Source: an uncultured Actinomycetes bacterium (GTDB lineage: Bacteria > Actinomycetota > Thermoleophilia > UBA2241). Taken from it: 64,000 bases of DNA. Location of the stretch: contig CAVYCN010000003.1 of assembly GCA_963767005.1 (NCBI GenBank), positions 288,001 through 352,000 on the forward strand. Reading direction: 5' to 3'. The position numbers and the translations under genes are program-made. Every line of letters starts with the position of its first letter. The first letter of the stretch is position 1. The notes beneath the pieces were generated by a model. That model was not told the origin of the DNA. It saw only the letters and a list, made by a program, of their open reading frames with translations, and ran no database searches. This document shows, one piece after another, positions 39,768 through 50,267 of the stretch.

Positions 39768-39787
39768 TTGATTTATCGTACAATCAA
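39768..39787. promoter_or_regulatory. Putative TetR operator 2, between the divergent tetR and deiminase genes
   Basis: Palindrome TTGATT-TATCGTAC-AATCAA; matches operator 1 at 17 of 20 positions. Confidence 0.65.
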
Positions 39788-39833
39788 ACCCGCTTCCGCG
39801 ATAGTCCGGCACTCGCCCACGAGGGGAGTTTCC

Positions 39834-40910
39834 ATGCAGATCGACGACACGCAGGCCGTCGGCACCGGCGCAGCCGAGGAGCTGCCGGCCGGCGCCGGCT
39901 TTCGCATGCCGGCCGAATGGGCGCCGCACGAGCGCTGCCTGATGGCGTGGCCGTCTTCGGCGCGCGCAAACGTCTGGGGCGATCACTACATGCTCGCCCA
40001 GGCGTCGTATGCCGCGGTGGCGCACGCGATCGCCGCGTTCGAGCCCGTAGTCATGGTCGCACGGCCCGACGACGCGGATGCCGCGCGCAGCTACTGCGGC
40101 CGCGACATCGAGGTGCTCGAGCTGCCCATCGATGACTCCTGGCTGCGCGACAGCGGCCCGATCTTCGTGGTGGGGCCGGGCGGCGAGCGCGCGGTGGCGG
40201 ACTTCCGCTTCAACTCCTGGGGCGAGCGTTACCTGCCGTACGACCTCGACGCCCGGATCGGCGAGCGGCTCAGCGAGCACTTCGGCGTGCGACGGTTCGC
40301 CGCTCCCCTCGTGCTCGAGGGTGGGTCGATCACCGTCGACGGCGAGGGCACCCTCGTTACAACCGAAAGCTGCCTGCTGCATCCGAGCCGCAACCCCCAG
40401 TTGACCAGGGACCAGATCGAGCGACACCTCATGGACTACCTGGGCGTCACGAAGGTCGTCTGGCTGAAGGCCGGCCTCGGCCTCGCCGAGGACCCCGACA
40501 CCGACGGTCACGTCGACGGCGTCGCCTTCTTCGCCGGGCCGGGCCGCATCGTGCTGCACATGGTGCGCGACCCCCAACACCCCGACTACGAGAACTTCCG
40601 CGAGAACCGCCGCCGTCTCGAGACGACCGACGCCCGCGGACGCGAGATCGAGGTCATCGAGATGGACGCGCGTAGCCGGCCCGTCGTGGTGGGCGGCGTC
40701 AACATCGTCGAGACCTACATCAACAGCTACTTCGCAAACGGCGGGCTGGTCGTGCCGACGGCAGGCACGGGCGACGACGAGGCTGCCCTGGAGCTCCTGC
40801 ACACGATGGTCCCGGACCACGAGGTCGTCGGAGTGCCCTGCCCCGTCGTCGCCTACGGCGGGGGCGGCATCCACTGCATCACGCAGCAGATGCCCGCGAC
40901 CGCCTCCTGA
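39834..40910 (+). CDS. aguA: Agmatine deiminase / peptidylarginine deiminase (PAD_porph) family
   Basis: MPAEW, DSWLRDSGP, LEGGSI, TDGHVD and GGGIHCITQQ (catalytic Cys) motifs. Confidence 0.9.
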   Translation: MQIDDTQAVGTGAAEELPAGAGFRMPAEWAPHERCLMAWPSSARANVWGDHYMLAQASYAAVAHAIAAFEPVVMVARPDDADAARSYCGRDIEVLELPIDDSWLRDSGPIFVVGPGGERAVADFRFNSWGERYLPYDLDARIGERLSEHFGVRRFAAPLVLEGGSITVDGEGTLVTTESCLLHPSRNPQLTRDQIERHLMDYLGVTKVVWLKAGLGLAEDPDTDGHVDGVAFFAGPGRIVLHMVRDPQHPDYENFRENRRRLETTDARGREIEVIEMDARSRPVVVGGVNIVETYINSYFANGGLVVPTAGTGDDEAALELLHTMVPDHEVVGVPCPVVAYGGGGIHCITQQMPATAS

Positions 40911-40937
40911 CCCGGGTCTGCAGCGCCAGAAGAAGAC

Positions 40938-40974
40938 GGGCAGGGGAGGGCTGCTGCGCAGCCCTCCCCTGCCC
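40938..40974. terminator. Hairpin between convergent genes
   Basis: 17-bp perfect inverted repeat GGGCAGGGGAGGGCTGC / GCAGCCCTCCCCTGCCC. Confidence 0.7.
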
Positions 40975-40991
40975 ATGTCGCGTCCGGTGTC

Positions 40992-41798
40992 CTATTCGAG
41001 CAGCCCCGCGCGATGGGCCTTGAGGTAGCGGCCGCAGAAGCTGTCCTCGTTGCGCAGCGCCTCGATCGCCTTGACCGTCGCCATCATCTGCTTGTTGCGC
41101 ACGTCGAGCACGGCGCCGTCGATGCCGATGCCGGCGCACATGGCCACGAACGTGCGGTTGAGCAGCGGCCGGTTCGGCAGCCCGAAGCTGACGTTGCTGA
41201 GGCCGCCCGTCGAGCGCACGCCCGGCAGGTTGGCCTTGATGAGGGCCAGGGTGCCCATGGTCACGAGGGCCGCGGTCGAGTCGGCCGAGACGGTCATGAC
41301 CAGCGGGTCGAACCACATGTCCTCGGCGGGCAGGCCGGCGGCGGCGAGCTTGTCGTGGAGCATCTTGGCGACCGCGAAGCGGTCTTCGGGGGTGCAGGGG
41401 ATGCCCTCGTCGTTCAGGCAGAGCGCCACCACGGGGCACCTGTACTTCTCGACCAGCGGCAGCACGGTGTCGATGCGGCTCTGCTCGCCGCTGATCGAGT
41501 TGATGTGCGGCACGGTGCCGTCGTTTGCGATCGCGGCCTCGACGCCGGCCTGCAGGGCGGCCGGGCTGGCCGAGTCGATCATGAGCTGCTTGTCGGTCAC
41601 ACTGCGCACGGTGGCGATCAGCCACAGCAGGTCCTCGACCTCGTTGCCGCCGGCGACGCCGCCGTTCACGTCGAGGATGTTGGCGCCGGCTTCGACCTGG
41701 TCGGTCGCCAGCGTCTTGATGAAGTCGGCATCGCGCGACTGGATGGCCTCGCCGACCTGCTTGCGTGTCCCGTTGATCGATTCGCCTACCAACAGCAT
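40992..41798 (-). CDS. Methyltetrahydrofolate:corrinoid methyltransferase (AcsE/MeTr-like pterin-binding protein)
   Basis: VGESING, LDVN, MIDS, INSISGE, FDPLV and GLSNVSFGLPNR motifs; start trimmed to ATG 41798. Confidence 0.9.
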   Translation of the reverse strand: MLLVGESINGTRKQVGEAIQSRDADFIKTLATDQVEAGANILDVNGGVAGGNEVEDLLWLIATVRSVTDKQLMIDSASPAALQAGVEAAIANDGTVPHINSISGEQSRIDTVLPLVEKYRCPVVALCLNDEGIPCTPEDRFAVAKMLHDKLAAAGLPAEDMWFDPLVMTVSADSTAALVTMGTLALIKANLPGVRSTGGLSNVSFGLPNRPLLNRTFVAMCAGIGIDGAVLDVRNKQMMATVKAIEALRNEDSFCGRYLKAHRAGLLE

Positions 41799-41979
41799 GA
41801 CCACTACCTCCACTTGATCTGAACGCGCGATCGCTCCCGGGACCGCGGACTTCAGCGCTGGTGCCGGAGGCCGTATCTTACCGGGGGGGCCGAGACGTTG
41901 CCAACCGCAACGCAAGGCCGGCGACAGAGGGTCGCGATGCGGCGCAGCCGCGCGGCCGGCAAGCTCCGCGGAGCGGCGC

Positions 41980-44910
41980 TCAGCCGTCGGTCGCGGCCGG
42001 CTCCGGCGGCACGCCGGCCGCGCCCGATGTGCGGCAGGCGTCGAGGAAGAGCCGGGCCAGGACGGGGTCGAACTGCACGCCGGCGCCACGGCGGACCTCG
42101 GCCCGCGCCTCGTCGAGGCCGAGCGCGGCCCGGTAGGGGCGTTCCGACAGCATCGCGGTGAATGAGTCGCCGATCGCGATCAGGCGGGCGCCCATCGGGA
42201 TCTCGTCGCCGCGCAGGCCGTCGGGGTAGCCGCCCCCGTCCCAGCGCTCGTGGTGGTGGCGCACGATCTCGATGAACTCGGTCGGGGCCTCGGCGTTCGT
42301 GAAGATGTCGACGCCGAGGTCGACGTGGCGGCGCAGCTCGCGACGCTCGTCGTCGGTGAGGCGATCGCCCTTCTCGAGCAGCTCCGCCCTGATGCCGACC
42401 TTGCCGACGTCGTGCAGACGGGCGGCGACGCAGTAGATCTCGCGGTCGGCGGCCGGCAGGCCGGCGCGCTCCGAGAGCTCGCGCACGATCTCGGCGACGG
42501 CTTCGCCGTGCCGCTCGCGGAAGCTGGCCTTGGCATCGACGGCGGCGGCCAGCACCTCGATGCCGTTGCGCCACGAGCGCTCGTCGGGCTCCTCGCCGGC
42601 CGGCGGCGCCATCATCTCGCGCACGTCGCGATAGTAGAGCACGCAGTTGCGACCGCGGCGCTTGGCCCACAGCAGAGCCGTGTCGGCGGCGCCGAGCATG
42701 GTCTTGGCGTCGAGCCCGCAGACCGGAAAGTCGGCGACTCCGATCGAGGCCGACACGCGAAAGCCGTCACCGGGCTCGATCACGATGTCGCGCACGCGTG
42801 AGCGGATGCGGTCGGCAAGCTGCCCGGCGTCGGCCGGCGAGGTCTTGGGCAGCAGCACGGCGAACTCCTCGCCGCCGTAGCGCGCCGCGTAGTCGGCTTC
42901 GCGCGTCGTCGCGGCGAGGATCTTGGCGACGTCGCGCAGCACGTCGTCGCCGCGCGGGTGGCCGAAGCGGTCGTTCACGCGCTTGAAGTGGTCGAGGTCG
43001 ATCATGAGCAGCGAGAAGCCGTCGCCGTAGCGTTCGCAGCGCCGCACCTCGTGCTCGAGGGTCTCCTGGAAGTGCCCGTGGTTGTACAGGCCGGTGAGCG
43101 GGTCGGTCACCGCGCGGAGCTGGCTCTTCTCGTAGAGCGAGGCGTTCTCGATGGCGATCGCCGCGAGGCTGGCGAACGGCTTGACGAGCTCGAACTCCTC
43201 GTCGCTGTAGGTCTTGCCGTCGAGCCGATCGAGGTTCAGGACGCCGATCACCTTGTTCATGACGTGCAGCGGCAGCACGATCGAGGCCTGGGGCTCGACC
43301 GGCGTGCCCGGCACCTGGGTCGAGCGCGGATCCTCGTGTGCGGCGTTGCACAGCACGGCCTCGTCGTGGGTCACCGCCCAGCCCCAGAGCCCCTGCTCGA
43401 GGTCGATCGGGTTGTCGATCAGCTCCTGGGCGTACTCGTCGCGCGCCCAGACCGTGACGATGCGGCGCGCCTCCCAGTCGACCTTGCTGATCGCCAGCGT
43501 GTCGTACTCGACGAGGACCCGCAGCTTCTCGGTGATCGACTCGAAGACGACCTGCTCGTCGAGCGTCGACAGCACCGACTCGCTCACCCGCAGCAGGTCG
43601 CGCTGCGAGCGGAGCTGGCGCTCGAGCCGGCGCTCCTGCACCTGGAGCGCGGCGTACTGCTCGGCGTTCTCGATGGCGACCGCGGCCTGGTTGGCGAAGA
43701 TCTCGACCGCGCCGACCGACTCCATGGTGGGCGGCCGCCGGTCGACCGGGTCGTAGACGTTGAGCGCGCCGAGCGGGCTGCCGGCGCGCGACAGGAGCGG
43801 CACGATCAGGCAGTCGCCCGTCTGCCACTCGTCGTCGGCGCGGGGGCCGAGGTCGCTGAAGGGCAACAGGCGCTGCTCGTCGCCGCTCGGCGGCACGCGC
43901 CGGCGGCGCCGGAAGTACGAGTTGCCCATGCGTGACTCGGGCCGCATGACCTGCTCGAACACGGCACGGGGAACGGCCGTCGTGAGCAGGTGGGTGGTGA
44001 GCTCGGACGGCCCGCCCAGCGCGGCCCTCGCACGGTACGTCTCGTCGGCCTCGTCGTACAGGAACAGGCTGACCTGCCGGTAGGCGAGCGACTCGAGCAC
44101 CGCCCCGGCGACGCGCCGCAGCACGTCGTCCAAGTCGAGGGTCGCGCGCAGCTCGTAGCCGAGGCGCAGTAGCGCCTCCATGGTCGAGGAGCGCTCGGCA
44201 AGCGCCGCGACGAGCTGCGAGCGGCGCTCGTAGAGGTTCGCGTTGGTGATCATGAGCGCGGCGAAACCGGCGACGGCCTGACCGACACCGATGCGCTCCT
44301 CGTCGAACTCGGCCTCGAGGCCGGGCTCGTCGAGCGCGGCGATGCCCAGCATCTCGCCGCCGGCCACGAAGGGCAGCACGAGCACCTTGCGGGCGTCGAG
44401 CTGCTCGAGCGCGGCGCGGTCGTCGCCCGCGGTGGCGGGCGTCAGGACGGCGGCCTCACGCAGCGCGCGAAGCCGGTCGCTGATGCGCCCGGTGGCGTCG
44501 CCGAACGGCGTGACCAGCGCGGCGCCCGTCGAAGCGGCGAGCCGCAGCCGGTCGCCCTCGACCAGCATCACGGCGCAGCGCGACACGCCGACGGCGACGG
44601 TCAGCCGCTGGGCGATCACGCCGAGCAGCTGGTGGATGTCCAGCGAGGCCGCGAGGTCGGCGGCGACCCGACCCAGCATGCCGGCCGCAGGCGTGAAGGG
44701 CGGCAGTGCCTGCTGCACGGTGGCCGCCGGCCGGCGGCCGAGGGCGACGAGCAGCGTGAGACAGCAGACCGCGACGAGCGCGAGGACGGTGGAGTACAGG
44801 TCGAGACGGCGGCCGGCGACGAGCTGAAGGGCGACCAGGGTCGCAAGCAGGGCGGCCGCAAGCCCGCACGCGACGAGTGCCGTGCGCCGGCCACGGATCG
44901 GCTTTCGCAC
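41980..44910 (-). CDS. Membrane-anchored triple-GAF diguanylate cyclase / HD-GYP phosphodiesterase
   Basis: Two TMs, three GAF-like repeats, DPLTGLYN, RxxD I-site (READ), GGEEF, HDVGK and HHERWDGGGYP motifs. Confidence 0.93.
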   Translation of the reverse strand: MRKPIRGRRTALVACGLAAALLATLVALQLVAGRRLDLYSTVLALVAVCCLTLLVALGRRPAATVQQALPPFTPAAGMLGRVAADLAASLDIHQLLGVIAQRLTVAVGVSRCAVMLVEGDRLRLAASTGAALVTPFGDATGRISDRLRALREAAVLTPATAGDDRAALEQLDARKVLVLPFVAGGEMLGIAALDEPGLEAEFDEERIGVGQAVAGFAALMITNANLYERRSQLVAALAERSSTMEALLRLGYELRATLDLDDVLRRVAGAVLESLAYRQVSLFLYDEADETYRARAALGGPSELTTHLLTTAVPRAVFEQVMRPESRMGNSYFRRRRRVPPSGDEQRLLPFSDLGPRADDEWQTGDCLIVPLLSRAGSPLGALNVYDPVDRRPPTMESVGAVEIFANQAAVAIENAEQYAALQVQERRLERQLRSQRDLLRVSESVLSTLDEQVVFESITEKLRVLVEYDTLAISKVDWEARRIVTVWARDEYAQELIDNPIDLEQGLWGWAVTHDEAVLCNAAHEDPRSTQVPGTPVEPQASIVLPLHVMNKVIGVLNLDRLDGKTYSDEEFELVKPFASLAAIAIENASLYEKSQLRAVTDPLTGLYNHGHFQETLEHEVRRCERYGDGFSLLMIDLDHFKRVNDRFGHPRGDDVLRDVAKILAATTREADYAARYGGEEFAVLLPKTSPADAGQLADRIRSRVRDIVIEPGDGFRVSASIGVADFPVCGLDAKTMLGAADTALLWAKRRGRNCVLYYRDVREMMAPPAGEEPDERSWRNGIEVLAAAVDAKASFRERHGEAVAEIVRELSERAGLPAADREIYCVAARLHDVGKVGIRAELLEKGDRLTDDERRELRRHVDLGVDIFTNAEAPTEFIEIVRHHHERWDGGGYPDGLRGDEIPMGARLIAIGDSFTAMLSERPYRAALGLDEARAEVRRGAGVQFDPVLARLFLDACRTSGAAGVPPEPAATDG

Positions 44911-45059
44911 CTTGTCCTCCCCGACGCCGCCCTTGCCCGTCGACGGCGTCTCCCGTTCATTGTCGAGCGCGCCGGCTCAATCCTTGAGCGTTTTGTTGTC
45001 AGTCCTGGCTACGGGGCGGCCGCAGTCGGTCGGCTCGCGGCGGGGTCGGCGATGGTGGC

Positions 45060-45272
45060 CTAGGAGTCGAAGGGCGGGAAGACCCAGGTCGGCGGGCGCC
45101 GGCGACGCTCGCCGACACGGCGGGCGTCCTGCCCGGGCACCCAGGGCGCGCGCCGGCGATCGAGCACGACGCGCACGTCCTGTCGGCCGGCGTAGACACG
45201 GGTGAACAATTCGTAGAGCCGCTCCCTCGCCGGGCCGGTGACCACGAGCTCTTTGACGTCGGTCCCTGCCAT
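45060..45272 (-). CDS. Small hypothetical protein (70 aa) with a VVLDRR...ERRR motif
   Basis: MAGTDVKELVVTGPARERLYELFTRVYAGRQDVRVVLDRRR; GAAGGGG RBS; TTGCGC-N17-TAGCGT upstream. Confidence 0.6.
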   Translation of the reverse strand: MAGTDVKELVVTGPARERLYELFTRVYAGRQDVRVVLDRRRAPWVPGQDARRVGERRRRPPTWVFPPFDS

Positions 45273-45407
45273 GGCACCCCCTTCGCGCCTCGCATGGGTA
45301 CCGTCACGTGCGCTTATCACGACGCTATGCCCGCCCTCTCCCCTGCGCAACAGTCGGCGCGGTCCCGGCGAGCGTGGCCTAGACGGATGTTCCATGCCGG
45401 AGATGAA

Positions 45408-45441
45408 GCGGCGGGCGGGCCCGGATGGGCCCGCCCGCCGC
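45408..45441 (-). terminator. Hairpin downstream of groEL
   Basis: 15-bp perfect inverted repeat GCGGCGGGCGGGCCC / GGGCCCGCCCGCCGC. Confidence 0.65.
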
Positions 45442-45474
45442 GACGCGAGCTGGTGCTGGCGTGGGTCTAGTGGA

Positions 45475-47109
<1,635 letters not shown>

Positions 47110-47121
47110 TCAGCCTCCTTT

Positions 47122-47415
47122 CTATTTGACTGTGGCGAGGATCTCGCTCACCCGCAGGATGAGGAGCTCTTCGCCGTCGCTCGTCTTGTACTCGGTGCCC
47201 GAGTACTTGCCGTAGATGCACTTGTCGCCGACCTTGACATCCATCGGGATGCGCTTCGTGCCGGCCTCGTCCCACTTGCCGTCGCCCACCGCCACGACCT
47301 CGCCGAGCATGGGCTTCTCTTTGGCCGTGTCGGGAAGCACGATGCCGCTGGCCGTCTTCTCTTCACCTGTGACCGCCTTGATGATGACGCGGTCCTCGAG
47401 CGGCTTCAGCTTCAT
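47122..47415 (-). CDS. groES: Co-chaperonin GroES
   Basis: LKPLEDRV and [15 protein letters not shown] motifs. Confidence 0.98.
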   Translation of the reverse strand: MKLKPLEDRVIIKAVTGEEKTASGIVLPDTAKEKPMLGEVVAVGDGKWDEAGTKRIPMDVKVGDKCIYGKYSGTEYKTSDGEELLILRVSEILATVK

Positions 47416-47439
47416 ACAGCCCTCCTTCTCTGTCGCATT

Positions 47440-47466
47440 CTGGCACTCTCATCCTAAGAGTGCTAA
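47440..47466 (-). promoter_or_regulatory. CIRCE element (HrcA operator)
   Basis: Minus strand TTAGCACTC-N9-GAGTGCCAG upstream of groES. Confidence 0.92.
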
Positions 47467-47481
47467 CGCTTCGGGGTCGTT

Positions 47482-47511
47482 ATGGTATGGCCCCGTCCGG
47501 CCTCTTGTCAA
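47482..47511 (-). promoter_or_regulatory. sigma70 promoter for groES-groEL
   Basis: Minus strand TTGACA-N18-TACCAT just upstream of CIRCE. Confidence 0.7.
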
Positions 47512-47688
47512 ACGATGGCCGGCGCCACCGTTCCAGTGCCGCCCCGACCGCTGTTGATACCCACTTTGAGCAGCTCCTTGGCCGGGACCAGGCGACGCGA
47601 TCGCGGCCTGTCAGAACGCCACGGCGAGTGCCGACGCGGCGGCGCCACGCCCTCGACGATGGTCCGGGCCGGCCGTAGAATCGCGGCC

Positions 47689-48126
47689 ATGCGAGTGCTC
47701 CTGCAGCGCGTCTCCCGGGCGCGGGTCACGGTGGACGACCGCGAGGTGGCCGCCGTCGGCCGCGGCTTCGTCGCGCTCGTCGGCGTCGGCCACGACGACA
47801 CGAGCGCCGCCGCCGCCCGCCTGGCGGCGAAGTGCGCCGCGCTGCGCGTCTTTGCCGACGAGCAGGGGCTCATGAACCGCGCGCTCGGCGACGTCGGCGG
47901 CGCCGTGCTCGCCGTCTCGCAGTTCACGCTGTATGCCGACACGCGGCGCGGCAACCGCCCGAGCTTCACCGGCGCCGCGCCGCCCGAGCTCGCCGAGCGG
48001 CTCTACGACGAGTTCGTGGCCGGCGTGCGCGCCGCGGGCGTGGCGGTCGCGACCGGCGTGTTCGGCGCCCACATGATGGTCGAGCTCGAAAACGACGGGC
48101 CGGTGACCATCCTGCTCGAGGCCTAG
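47689..48126 (+). CDS. dtd: D-aminoacyl-tRNA deacylase
   Basis: [19 protein letters not shown] and NDGPVT motifs; TAGAAT 7 nt upstream (leaderless). Confidence 0.96.
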   Translation: MRVLLQRVSRARVTVDDREVAAVGRGFVALVGVGHDDTSAAAARLAAKCAALRVFADEQGLMNRALGDVGGAVLAVSQFTLYADTRRGNRPSFTGAAPPELAERLYDEFVAGVRAAGVAVATGVFGAHMMVELENDGPVTILLEA

Positions 48127-48166
48127 GGTCGCGCAGGTCCAGGGTCGCGGACTCAGGGCCGCAGAA

Positions 48167-48208
48167 GGGGCGGGGCGGCCTGTGCGCGCGCACAGGCCGC
48201 CCCGCCCC
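48167..48208. terminator. Long hairpin between convergent dtd and permease genes
   Basis: GGGGCGGGGCGGCCTGTGCG / CGCACAGGCCGCCCCGCCCC inverted repeat. Confidence 0.65.
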
Positions 48209-48227
48209 GTATCCGTCGCGCTCGGGG

Positions 48228-50102
48228 TCAGACCGAGGGCGGCGCTCCCACGACGAGCGGCTCCTGCGGCACCGTGGGCTCCAGCGGCACGACGACCGGC
48301 GGGCGTCCGACCGGCTCGATCTCGGCCTTCAGGGCGAGGCCGGCGAACACCGAGCCGAGCACGGCCAGCACGATCGGCGCCGACCACACCCAGACGTTCG
48401 TGGTGCGGAAATCCGCGTGCGTGTAGATGAGGCAGAGGGCGATCACGCAGGCCGCGGCGACGAGCACCCCGCCAAGCCAGCGGCTCGCCTGCACGACGAG
48501 GCCGCCGGCGACCATCAGCAGGCCCATCGCGGCGAGCAACCGCTGCGGGCTCACCGCCACGCCGGCGACCTTCCAGTTGCCGCCGACCGCCCACGGGTGG
48601 TGGCTGTGGATGTAGAACGCAAACGCGAGCGCGACCACGCCGCCCACGACCGAGAGACCGGTCGCCAGGGTGCGCCACGTCCCGAAGTGGGCGCGGCGCT
48701 CTTCGGCCGGCACCGCCGGCATGCCGATCGAGCCCTCGACGGCATCGTCGGCCACGCCGCGGTACACGCGCTTGAAGATGAGGTAGGCGATCGGCCCGGA
48801 CACGACGCCGACCAGGCCGCCGACCAGGTAGTCGCTGCCGTTCGTGAACAGCGCGTAGACGGCGATCGCGATCGGGAGGCACACCCAGGCCGCGAGCAGC
48901 CACGTGGGGATCGGGATGCGGTACGGCCGCGGCATGTCGGGCCGCGTGATGCGCAGGGCGACGCCGGCGATCAAGATCGGGATGTAGCTGAACATGAGCA
49001 GGAAGACGTCGATCACGATCAGGGTGTCGAAGCTGCCCTTCACGAGAATGGCGTCGACGACGCCCATCGTGAGGATGGCGATCCAGGGCGTGCCCCAGCG
49101 CTTGTGCGCCCTGCCCATGAACTTGGGGTAGAGCCGGTCGCGCGAGAGCTGATACGAGGGCCGCGCACCGGTCGCCAGGTAGCCGGTGTAGAGGCCCAGG
49201 TTGCTGGCGATCGCCGAGGCCAGCATCAGCCACATGAGCACGGCGCCGCCGGCGAGCTCGGCGGCCCGCACGAAGTCGACGGCCGAGCCGCCGCCGCTCG
49301 CGTCGGAGGTCATGTTCAGCCAGTTGCCGACGCCGGCCGCCCTGATGCCGGCCATGGTTGTCACGGCGTAGGTGACGATCACGATCGGCACGGCGATCAG
49401 GATGGCCCGCGGGATGACGCGCTGCGGGTTTTCGACCTCGGCCGCCACCGTCGACATCGACTCATAGCCTGAGTACATCCACATCATGATCGCGAGGCCG
49501 AGGTTGCTCGCGGTGATCATGTTCTCGCCCTTCGGCAGGAACGGCGACACCGGGTTGGCGCCGCCCTTGGCGAAGGCCCACACGACGAAGAGCGCGAACG
49601 GCACCATGACGACCGCCTGAATCACGATCAGCGCCTTGCCGGTCAGGTCGAGGCCGCGGATGTTGATGAACGTGAAGAACGCGACGAGCGCGATCCCGAA
49701 CAGCCAGCGCCAGTTGTCGCTGAAGCCCCACTTGCTCTGGATGTAGTGCACGGCGAGGACGATGTAGACCGACGAGTCGACGTAGAGCGACAGGGTCCAC
49801 CACCAGCTCGACTGGAAGCCCCAGTACTCGCCCAGGCCGTGCCGCACCCAGCGGCCGAATCCACCCTCCTCCGGAATCGCCGAGCCGAGCTCCGACGACA
49901 GGAACGCCATCGGCACGCTCCAGATGAACGGCAGCAGCACGATCATGAGGATCGTGAAGCCGGGCCCCGACGACGAGACCACGTCCTCCATGCCGAACGA
50001 TCCGGAACAGACGAGCGTGAACACGACCACGACGACCGTGAACAGTCGCATGCGGACGCGCTTGAGCGCAGGGTCGGTGAAGAAGTTGCCTACCTCGGAC
50101 AT
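48228..50102 (-). CDS. APC-superfamily amino acid/polyamine permease with an extra C-terminal TM domain
   Basis: SGSFGME, ELGSAIPEEGG, WMYSGYES, EVENP and RPYRIP motifs; about four additional C-terminal TMs. Confidence 0.9.
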   Translation of the reverse strand: MSEVGNFFTDPALKRVRMRLFTVVVVVFTLVCSGSFGMEDVVSSSGPGFTILMIVLLPFIWSVPMAFLSSELGSAIPEEGGFGRWVRHGLGEYWGFQSSWWWTLSLYVDSSVYIVLAVHYIQSKWGFSDNWRWLFGIALVAFFTFINIRGLDLTGKALIVIQAVVMVPFALFVVWAFAKGGANPVSPFLPKGENMITASNLGLAIMMWMYSGYESMSTVAAEVENPQRVIPRAILIAVPIVIVTYAVTTMAGIRAAGVGNWLNMTSDASGGGSAVDFVRAAELAGGAVLMWLMLASAIASNLGLYTGYLATGARPSYQLSRDRLYPKFMGRAHKRWGTPWIAILTMGVVDAILVKGSFDTLIVIDVFLLMFSYIPILIAGVALRITRPDMPRPYRIPIPTWLLAAWVCLPIAIAVYALFTNGSDYLVGGLVGVVSGPIAYLIFKRVYRGVADDAVEGSIGMPAVPAEERRAHFGTWRTLATGLSVVGGVVALAFAFYIHSHHPWAVGGNWKVAGVAVSPQRLLAAMGLLMVAGGLVVQASRWLGGVLVAAACVIALCLIYTHADFRTTNVWVWSAPIVLAVLGSVFAGLALKAEIEPVGRPPVVVPLEPTVPQEPLVVGAPPSV

Positions 50103-50267
50103 GCAGCCCCCCCTGTGGCATCCAGATGAGCCTCCGCGGGACGCGCGCGCTACGCGTGGCTCCGGCCAGATGTGCTGGAGGGGGCGGGTCCCCCCAGGAT
50201 GCCCCTCCACCCGCAGTGTACTAAAGGCCGGGCCGCGGTGGGAAGAGCGCCGGCGCCGGCGCCTGCC

